From: an uncultured Clostridia bacterium
GTDB lineage: Bacteria; Bacillota; Clostridia; Christensenellales; CAG-917
Direction of reading: 5' to 3'
NCBI GenBank assembly: GCA_963545485.1
Contig: CAUUJG010000005.1
Span: 5,890 to 69,889 of the forward strand
DNA: 64,000 nucleotides
Below the pieces are notes generated by a model that did no database searches, had not been told where the DNA came from, and saw only the letters and a list, made by a program, of their open reading frames with translations. This document shows, in pieces, positions 56,750 to 64,000 of this stretch (within the stretch, counting starts at the first letter, position 1; each line of letters starts with the position of its first letter). A program made the translations under genes and the position numbers.

Positions 56750-58702
56750 CTATGCTGTAAGCATTGTCCCAATTTGCTTTTTCATATTTCTGATATTAGA
56801 TGCACTTATCTTCAAATTAATGCTGTTCTTTACTATTTCAAGCTGTCTCAATGTATTGTTTGCATTACTTACATTGCTCATGCCATTCATATATAAAGAT
56901 TGCTTTTTCATTTTATTCATTAAATTAGCAACCTTACCATACTCTCTCACTGAGACAAGTTCTTTCTTCATCTTTTTAAACATTTTTAGGTTATTATATT
57001 CTATCTTAACAAACGCTGGTCTCTTATCGACAACTGCTCTTCTTCCAGGTATTTCCTTAAAATCAACCGAATCTCCCTTAATTTTTTCCATCGCTTCTGC
57101 ATGCAATTTTTTACTTAATGGATAAAATATCATAACAATAGCCATTAACGCCGCTGATATTGCTCCTATTATAAACACTAATCTGAACCAATTATTTGCT
57201 ATATTAATCTTTTCCGATGTATATCTAAACGCTTTAAGTGCTTCAGCCGACAAATTTTCAGGGATCTGATAATCATATGGTTCATACCCAACAGCTTTCT
57301 GCAGTGGATACATAATAAGTCTTCCAATCGAAACAATAAATATTGGCATTGTTAATAAAAAGTTTTGCACATGCCCTTCATATCGTCTTCCACTTATACT
57401 TTGTTGATAGTCACATATGTCTCCCAACATAATAGGAATAAGCAATATTTCCGGAGTTATTCTCGCAAGGAAAAAAGCTAAAGTAATTATTACTGCCGAC
57501 GGTGTTCCGTCTGGAATTCTATGAAGTCCCACTACTCCTAATGTTCCATACGATAATGCCATTAATCCCGTAAATATAACCAATATTAATCGCTTACTCA
57601 TAAATCTGCTAAGTATTGGCAACATAATCATCGCCACAGTTACGCCAAAGCCTATAATTGTTAGAGGTAGACCACTTAAATCAAGTGCTAACTTTACAGT
57701 CGGTGCAAGCTTTGTTTGCAATATGATCCCCAAAAATTCCAGAGGAATAATTTTTAATGAACCGACTGTTAACGCCAGTGAAAATATAATTAGCGGTTTA
57801 TTTGCAAATAAAGATTTCATTGTTGTTTTAAAATCCATCTTAGCCTGTTTTTCCGCCTTTACAACAAAAACTCTCTCTCTCACTCTTATAATTAGTAGCA
57901 TGAATAAAACACCTAAAATAGTGCTTATAAATCCTACGATTCTAGCTTCCCATAATTCACTACCCAAATACTTTGCACAAAATGTTCTTAATGGTCCTCT
58001 GATTACCTGCAATATACTTGGAGCCGCTCCAAATATAAGTTGTATAGGGCTCATTATATCTATTCTTTCTTGTTGATGTGATGTTATAACGGTAGGGAAT
58101 GTCTGATACATGAACATTATAAAATTGTTTATTACTATGACCGGAACAAATGTTAAATAAACATAGAGAACTCGCATCCCACCATCACGAAATTCAGGCA
58201 TAAGCGAAATCAATATAGTAAATATTCCTGCTGCTGGTAAAACCGCAAGCATATACGGTTTATATTTTCCATATTTGGTATTTGTCTTTTCAAACATTCT
58301 CGCTAAAATTGGCTGTACTGCAAAATTCATAAGTGCAGCCAATAACCCAATTACGTATGCATGAATGCTAGAAACTTTATAATAATATGCAATATTTACT
58401 ATAGTAGCTAAACTGTATATCCACGATGTTAAAAACGATACCCCTACTCCAAATCCCGAATAAGCTACAATTTCCTTAAGTGGAAGTTGCCTTCCTCTAC
58501 TAATAGGTCTTGACCAAAACTTAACAAATGTTGAGCCTATTTCTTTTAATGCAGCTTTTGGACCTTTCCCATATAGTCTTGCCTTTAACGGCAAATTAGC
58601 TTTCCCAAAATGCGGATTATATATCTGTCTTCCATTTATTCTTTTTGATAAATTGGTAGTATCACTATCTGCAACATTGTCTTTTACAGCACTTAAACTC
58701 AT
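56750..58702 (-). CDS. MFS/GPH-family transporter with an extended C-terminal tail
   Basis: 650 aa with about 12 TM helices and sequence features resembling glycoside-pentoside-hexuronide symporters. The ~150-aa hydrophilic C-terminus is unassigned. Confidence 0.55.
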   Translation of the reverse strand: MSLSAVKDNVADSDTTNLSKRINGRQIYNPHFGKANLPLKARLYGKGPKAALKEIGSTFVKFWSRPISRGRQLPLKEIVAYSGFGVGVSFLTSWIYSLATIVNIAYYYKVSSIHAYVIGLLAALMNFAVQPILARMFEKTNTKYGKYKPYMLAVLPAAGIFTILISLMPEFRDGGMRVLYVYLTFVPVIVINNFIMFMYQTFPTVITSHQQERIDIMSPIQLIFGAAPSILQVIRGPLRTFCAKYLGSELWEARIVGFISTILGVLFMLLIIRVRERVFVVKAEKQAKMDFKTTMKSLFANKPLIIFSLALTVGSLKIIPLEFLGIILQTKLAPTVKLALDLSGLPLTIIGFGVTVAMIMLPILSRFMSKRLILVIFTGLMALSYGTLGVVGLHRIPDGTPSAVIITLAFFLARITPEILLIPIMLGDICDYQQSISGRRYEGHVQNFLLTMPIFIVSIGRLIMYPLQKAVGYEPYDYQIPENLSAEALKAFRYTSEKINIANNWFRLVFIIGAISAALMAIVMIFYPLSKKLHAEAMEKIKGDSVDFKEIPGRRAVVDKRPAFVKIEYNNLKMFKKMKKELVSVREYGKVANLMNKMKKQSLYMNGMSNVSNANNTLRQLEIVKNSINLKISASNIRNMKKQIGTMLTA

Positions 58703-59156
58703 TTTTCCCTTGTCTCAATTCCTTAAAAAATTCTTTTAGAACTGTTGCACATTCATCTTCTCTTATCCCCTTATGAATGCCTACCATATGAGTATATAGT
58801 TTATTAGACTCCAAAGCAATATGAGTATTTGTTGCTCCTTTTTTATCGTCATCTGTTCCATAGTAAATATTTTCTATTCTCGACTGACAAATTGCCGCAA
58901 AACACATTGCACAAGGCTCCAATGTAACATATATATCACACCCATCAAGATGCCAGTTGCGTAACTTTCTACTCGCCTTTCCAATAGCTACCATCTCTGC
59001 ATGCAATATGGCACAGCCTTTTTTTTCTTTTTGATTATATCCCTTAGCTATTATTTTATTATCCTTAACGATAAGTGCCCCTACGGGAACATCTCCGTTC
59101 TTTGCTGCCTTATGTGCCAAGTCTATACAAATACCCATATAATCTTCGTGTGTCAT
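58665..59156 (-). CDS. tadA: tRNA-specific adenosine deaminase
   Basis: 163 aa with the HAEMVAI and PCAMCFAAI zinc-binding deaminase motifs. Confidence 0.9.
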   Translation of the reverse strand: MTHEDYMGICIDLAHKAAKNGDVPVGALIVKDNKIIAKGYNQKEKKGCAILHAEMVAIGKASRKLRNWHLDGCDIYVTLEPCAMCFAAICQSRIENIYYGTDDDKKGATNTHIALESNKLYTHMVGIHKGIREDECATVLKEFFKELRQGKNEFKCCKRQCCR

Positions 59157-59611
59157 TTATGATATGCACTATTATTTAAAATTGATAATGCCCTATAAAT
59201 CTGTTCCAGCATCATCACTCTAAATAGCTGATGTGGAAATGTCATTTTTGAAAAGGATATTTTTTCATCTGCATCTTCCAAAATTTCTTCACTCAGCCCT
59301 GTGCTTCCCCCTATTATTATGCTTATTTCATTCTTTCCAGATATTTGTAATTTTTCTATTTCTCTTGCAAATTCAAGGCTATTTTTCTGAACCCCGTCAA
59401 TTGCGGTTGCTATAACGTAGCCTTTTATTTTTGTTTTGATTTGTTTCCCCTCAATTTCTTTTATCTCAATATCTGATTTATTAAAATTACCTTCATTTAT
59501 TTCTATGATATTTAATATACACCATGGCTTAAGTCTCTTAATATATTCATTTACAGCATCTCTTAAATATGGTTCCTTTATCTTTCCAACACATATTAAA
59601 TTGATTTTCAT
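59153..59611 (-). CDS. rlmH: 23S rRNA (pseudouridine1915-N3)-methyltransferase
   Basis: 152 aa of the SPOUT family, starting MKINLICVGKIKE and carrying IIGGSTGL...SFSKMTFPHQL. Confidence 0.9.
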   Translation of the reverse strand: MKINLICVGKIKEPYLRDAVNEYIKRLKPWCILNIIEINEGNFNKSDIEIKEIEGKQIKTKIKGYVIATAIDGVQKNSLEFAREIEKLQISGKNEISIIIGGSTGLSEEILEDADEKISFSKMTFPHQLFRVMMLEQIYRALSILNNSAYHK

Positions 59612-60615
59612 AATACGGTACTACCCCATACAAGCGTTAGTGTTGCCATTGATACTCCTATAAGTATTGTAATGTAATAGGGAATATTGTTCTTCCATTC
59701 TCCTTGATAGTATCTGTTTTTATCTTTAGGGTCATATTCTCCCGTCTTTATTGCTCTATATCTCATCCATACAAATACTCCGATCATACCTATTACACAC
59801 CCTGTAACCAGAAGGGAAAACTTTGCGAGGTCTGCTACAGTACCTCCCGGCAAGAATGCATTCCTGATTTTCAATAACCATGGCATCGTCCCAGTATCAC
59901 CTGCATACTGATATAAAACTTGTAACCCATTGTTTAAGAAATGTATGAGCACACCACCCCAAATTGAACGGGAATAAAACATACACAAACCAACTAAAAT
60001 CCCAAAGAAAAATGTATATCCAGTTTGTCTAATATTTTGATGCATTAACGAAAATAATAAGGCACTTCTCAATACAAATACATGCCCACGGTCTTTATAT
60101 GCAGAAAATAAAAGTCCTCTATTAAACATTTCTTCTCCAATGGCAGGAGATATTGCCGTTAAAAATATTGATGCAATTAGTGCCTGAACTGTTATAATTT
60201 TGTCATCGTTAGTAGGGAACACATATCCGAAAGGAGAAAGTACAAAGTAATAGAAAATAAGATTAACTACAACTACCAGCGGTCCCGAAAAAACGAATAT
60301 CAAAAATGCCTGCAGAAATTTTGTAAAAGAAAATTTATTAACTCCAAAGTCACTATACCATTTCGATGTATCATCTTTATTTATTTTTTTATGTATCAAA
60401 TATGCAGATATTGTTACAGCTGTAAAAAAGACCCACTGTATCAACATCGTAAAGACGGCATCACTTTTAAGCCCACTAGGATCATTCTTGTCGTTAAATG
60501 CCGGTAGCTGTAGTACAAAACTTGTAATTATACGCACCATAAGTGTAGCTATAGTTATGAAAAAATATATTATATTAACATTTCTCTGCCTTATTTTTAA
60601 CACATCATTCATCAT
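59608..60615 (-). CDS. CPBP-family intramembrane glutamic endopeptidase
   Basis: EEMFNRG, FSLMH and HFLNN motifs in a polytopic membrane protein. Confidence 0.85.
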   Translation of the reverse strand: MMNDVLKIRQRNVNIIYFFITIATLMVRIITSFVLQLPAFNDKNDPSGLKSDAVFTMLIQWVFFTAVTISAYLIHKKINKDDTSKWYSDFGVNKFSFTKFLQAFLIFVFSGPLVVVVNLIFYYFVLSPFGYVFPTNDDKIITVQALIASIFLTAISPAIGEEMFNRGLLFSAYKDRGHVFVLRSALLFSLMHQNIRQTGYTFFFGILVGLCMFYSRSIWGGVLIHFLNNGLQVLYQYAGDTGTMPWLLKIRNAFLPGGTVADLAKFSLLVTGCVIGMIGVFVWMRYRAIKTGEYDPKDKNRYYQGEWKNNIPYYITILIGVSMATLTLVWGSTVL

Positions 60616-61697
60616 TTACCTGCAATGGTTATTATTGTCACCGCCACCAAACTTGCACCACCTAATGCAAAAACTATATACATACTCAGCATTGACTGTT
60701 TTTTTGTTCCTATATATGGAACATTATGAAGATCTTCAAGCTTACTGTCCAAATTTTTCCAGCCTTGCTTTGAAAAAAAACCTCCAAAAAACTCTATCAA
60801 TCCTCTGCCAAAAGGTTTTCTAATTGTTTGAACCTTAAAAGGCATTTCACCTTTTTCTATATCATATTCCCCATCATTAAGGTATATAATCCGCTCAGCA
60901 TATCCTTCTCTAGTTATATAATAAAAAGCATACATTAACATTAATAAAATTGGTAGTCCTATAAGTATTGCTACGAAGTCAGTCGCATAAAGCCAGTTCC
61001 CAATTTTATCAAGATTTATTTTATCTTGTAAATATGAACTATATATAATTACTATAAGATTATTCAAAAAATGCATTATTATTGTTGCAAATATTGAGCC
61101 AGATATTAACAGAACAATAGCTAAAACTATTCCAAAAATAAACTGATATACAGTTTGTAAAATATTCATATGAAATAATGAAAACAACAATGCCGAAAGC
61201 AATATTGCCTTTTTAGCACCCATTGTTTTAAATCCCGAAAATACTGCTCCTCTAAACAGAATCTCTTCACCAAATGCCGGAATTATTGCAATGCAAAGTA
61301 CAGATAAGAAAAAGTATCCAACACTCCCCGAGTATATCTGCGGTCCTATTATTTTTTGTCCGCCTACGGCTTGTGAAATAAGATTCATTATCTTTACAAT
61401 CCAACCTTGTATTGGAAGAAAAGTTATTATACAAAATATAACTATAAGTGGAATTAACAATAAACTTAACGGCTTTATCGGTTTTTTAAATTGTCCAACT
61501 TCAACAGTATCAACTTTAAAAAATGCACTACACCCAAAGAACACAACAATTAAAATTATTGAAACTGTATTCGCTAAAATTGCCGCAAGAATTGAAAAAT
61601 TTAATCTTATTAATATTCTTTCAAGGATGGTTATGATTAACTGTGCGATTATATAATATATAATTGCTACATTTACAGTTATATATTTATTTTTCAT
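60612..61697 (-). CDS. CPBP-family intramembrane glutamic endopeptidase
   Basis: EEILFRG, FSLFH and HFLNN motifs. It is a tandem paralogue of the downstream gene. Confidence 0.85.
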   Translation of the reverse strand: MKNKYITVNVAIIYYIIAQLIITILERILIRLNFSILAAILANTVSIILIVVFFGCSAFFKVDTVEVGQFKKPIKPLSLLLIPLIVIFCIITFLPIQGWIVKIMNLISQAVGGQKIIGPQIYSGSVGYFFLSVLCIAIIPAFGEEILFRGAVFSGFKTMGAKKAILLSALLFSLFHMNILQTVYQFIFGIVLAIVLLISGSIFATIIMHFLNNLIVIIYSSYLQDKINLDKIGNWLYATDFVAILIGLPILLMLMYAFYYITREGYAERIIYLNDGEYDIEKGEMPFKVQTIRKPFGRGLIEFFGGFFSKQGWKNLDSKLEDLHNVPYIGTKKQSMLSMYIVFALGGASLVAVTIITIAGK

Positions 61698-62448
61698 ACC
61701 TTATAGTTCTCCCGCACCACATAGCAGAAAGTTCAACATCAAAATCTTTTAATTTTCCCCATACAGTTTCAAGTGCCCTTCTCGGTTCATTATTATTTTC
61801 ACTTAAATGTCCAAGTATGAATTTCTTTACTCCTCTTTCAGCAAGACGACTACAAACATGTGCAGCCTCATCATTGCTCATATGTCCTCCATCTCCCATT
61901 ATTCTCATTTTTAATGACTGATCATAAGGTCCATATTTCAACATCTGCATATCGTAGTTGGATTCTATAAACACCTCATTACACACCCCAAGTGCATCGA
62001 TTATACTTTCTGTTACTTTCCCTACATCAGTACATATACCAACTTTTGATTCGTGATCTGATAAAACATAACCAAATGTCGGATATGCATCATGAATAAC
62101 CGCAAAAGGTTTCACATATACATTCTCTATGTAAAATCCATCACAAAAACTATCTTTTACCTCTATATGATTTTTTTCAATATCTTTGCATCTCAACTCA
62201 CTAAAATGTTCTTTATCTATATATACTCGAGATTTATTTGCAACCAACTTTATGCCACTAAAATGATCACAGTGAGTATGAGTTATTAAAACTCCAATTA
62301 CATCAGAAAATGTCTTACCAATTTTTTCTAACCCTTCTCTCACTCTCTTACATGAAATCCCTGCATCAACAATAACGATTCCATTATCTGCAATAACTAG
62401 GTGCGAATTCCCCTTGCTGCTACTTGCAATAGAATGAATTCTAAGCAC
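61687..62448 (-). CDS. MBL-fold metallo-hydrolase
   Basis: 253 aa with the THTHCDH motif and downstream His/Asp ligands. Confidence 0.85.
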   Translation of the reverse strand: MLRIHSIASSSKGNSHLVIADNGIVIVDAGISCKRVREGLEKIGKTFSDVIGVLITHTHCDHFSGIKLVANKSRVYIDKEHFSELRCKDIEKNHIEVKDSFCDGFYIENVYVKPFAVIHDAYPTFGYVLSDHESKVGICTDVGKVTESIIDALGVCNEVFIESNYDMQMLKYGPYDQSLKMRIMGDGGHMSNDEAAHVCSRLAERGVKKFILGHLSENNNEPRRALETVWGKLKDFDVELSAMWCGRTIRYEK

Positions 62449-64000
62449 TATTTGAATCCATCCTTCAATGAAACTATACTGTTAAACTCTTTGTCATTTC
62501 TCTTAACATAGTATCCTTTTCTAATAAACTGGAATCTTTCTCCATGTTTTGCTGTTGATAAGAATGCCTCACCCTTTGCTTTAATTACCTTCAAAGAATC
62601 CTTATTGATCCTATCCATATAATCACCTTCAGCTTCATCGATGAGATAATCAAATTCATTTATAGTTAGATCTATTGCATTTTCTACACTTACCCAATGA
62701 ATTGTGCCTTTTACTTTGATGTTCGCACCTTCTTCACCAGATTTTGTACCTTCCAATACCCTTACATGCACTTCAGATACTTCACCACTCTTATCTTCTT
62801 TATGAGAAACATACTCAATAACATATGCTCCTTTCAATCGTACCACACCATCCTTTTTTAACCTGAAATATTTTGGTGGCGGATTTGTTGAAAAATCTTC
62901 TCTTTCAATATATATCTCTTTTGTTAATAATGATTTATGCTTCCCAGCATTTTCAATCTGTGGATTGTTATCTATTTCCATTTCCTCAGAGTTTTCCAAA
63001 TTATCTATAACTACCTTCAATGGGTCCAATACCACCATCGCTCTAGTCGCTGTATTGTTAAGATTTTCTCTAACACAATGCTCAAGTAGCTTTATAGACA
63101 CCTCACTATCTGCTTTTGCAACACCTATACGGTTACAAAAATCCTTAATTGCCTCCGGAGGATAACCTCTTTCTCTCAACCCAGATAATGTTGACATTCT
63201 TGGATCATTCCATCCCCAAACAATATGCTCGTCTACAAGTTTCTTCAAGAACCTTTTACTCATAACTGTATTTTCAAGATTTAACCTTGCGAACTCTATT
63301 TGTCTAGGTCTTTTTTCAAATCCGGTATTGGCAACAACCCAATCATATAGTGGACGATGATTTTCAAACTCCAACGAACAAAGAGAGTGTGTAATCCCTT
63401 CAATTGCATCTTCTAATGGATGTGCAAAGTCATACATAGGATAAATAACCCACTTATCTCCAGTTCTATGATGTGTGCAGCGATTAATTCTATATATAAC
63501 AGGATCCCGCATATTAATATTTGGAGAAGCCATATCTATCTTTGCTCTCAAAACTTTTTCTCCATCCCTATACTTTCCGTTTTTCATCTCATCAAACAGC
63601 TTGAGATTTTCCTCCACAGTACGATTCCTATATGGACTATTTGTGCCAGGAACTTCAAATGTTCCTCTTGTTTCTTTTATTTCTTCCGCACTAAGATCAC
63701 ATACATATGCCTTGCCCGATTTGATCAACATACATGCACATTCATACATTTTGTCAAAATAATCTGAAGCATACAATTCTCTATCCCACTTAAATCCCAA
63801 CCAGCTTATATCCTCTTTTATTGAATTTACATACTCAACATCTTCCTTACTTGGATTTGTATCATCAAATCTCAAGTTGCATTCTCCATGATACTTTTCC
63901 TTAACACCAAAATTTATACACAGTGCTTTTGCATGACCTATATGTAGATATCCATTTGGCTCCGGTGGAAATCTAGTTATGATTTTTTCGTGCTTATTTT
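62448..64000 (-). CDS. glnS: glutamine--tRNA ligase (5' end beyond the window)
   Basis: The reading frame continues upstream of the track ORF to the window edge (...FPPEPNGYLHIGHAKALCINFG...NLRFDDTNP). The VMSKR (KMSKS) motif and the GlnRS-type C-terminal beta-barrel region are present. Confidence 0.9.
   Translation of the reverse strand, partial: NKHEKIITRFPPEPNGYLHIGHAKALCINFGVKEKYHGECNLRFDDTNPSKEDVEYVNSIKEDISWLGFKWDRELYASDYFDKMYECACMLIKSGKAYVCDLSAEEIKETRGTFEVPGTNSPYRNRTVEENLKLFDEMKNGKYRDGEKVLRAKIDMASPNINMRDPVIYRINRCTHHRTGDKWVIYPMYDFAHPLEDAIEGITHSLCSLEFENHRPLYDWVVANTGFEKRPRQIEFARLNLENTVMSKRFLKKLVDEHIVWGWNDPRMSTLSGLRERGYPPEAIKDFCNRIGVAKADSEVSIKLLEHCVRENLNNTATRAMVVLDPLKVVIDNLENSEEMEIDNNPQIENAGKHKSLLTKEIYIEREDFSTNPPPKYFRLKKDGVVRLKGAYVIEYVSHKEDKSGEVSEVHVRVLEGTKSGEEGANIKVKGTIHWVSVENAIDLTINEFDYLIDEAEGDYMDRINKDSLKVIKAKGEAFLSTAKHGERFQFIRKGYYVKRNDKEFNSIVSLKDGFK

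Noticed and set aside
1-64000. Alternative genetic code (TGA read as Trp, code 4), considered because of the Mollicutes-like composition.
   Set aside because: Several well-supported genes terminate at TGA with the next gene's RBS/start immediately after, such as leuA at 5385 and the 408-aa gene at 22857. Conserved Trp positions use TGG, so code 11 fits.

Overview
Low-GC (about 30% by eye) Firmicutes/Mollicutes-like chromosomal segment using the standard code (TGA acts as a stop and TGG encodes Trp). Most genes are on the minus strand. Core content includes a gpmI-tpiA-pgk glycolytic operon, leuA plus a cimA-like paralogue, and an ACP/PPTase pair. It also carries malQ, hom, coaX, sodA, glyQS, a glycerol-3-phosphate dehydrogenase-type trio, a PutP-fusion transporter, glk, an AKR, an mreB-like gene, maf and ppx. 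Two very large surface proteins, tadA, rlmH, two CPBP proteases, an MBL hydrolase, glnS (partial) and tRNA-Gln complete the core set. Between tRNA-Ser(CGA) (12051-12139) and glyQS (33066) lies an accessory island of about 20.7 kb with no recognisable integrase or transposase. Its tRNA-proximal half (12.1-24.9 kb) is cut into cassettes by five same-orientation copies of a 140-430 bp repeat. The first copy starts at the CCA end of the tRNA. Two copies carry a TTGACA-N9-G10-TAnnAT promoter, and most end in a terminator hairpin. The cassettes are a GIY-YIG protein plus a high-GC BAAT-like hydrolase, paralogous SHOCT/BspA-LRR membrane proteins, a Type III R-M system, and a membrane protein/isochorismatase pair. 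The Type III mod gene is frameshifted at a third G10 tract, so it is phase-variable and OFF in this assembly. The distal half (24.9-32.8 kb) holds candidate defence or stress modules. These are a translationally coupled macrodomain plus PD-(D/E)xK pair, a multi-TM SpoT-type HD hydrolase, and a DenV-like glycosylase with a frameshifted DUF1722 gene. The last is a tightly coupled three-gene operon (coiled-coil protein, ClpB-D2-like AAA+ ATPase, NrdG-like radical-SAM activase) with no glycyl-radical partner. I consider that operon the best candidate for an undescribed system.
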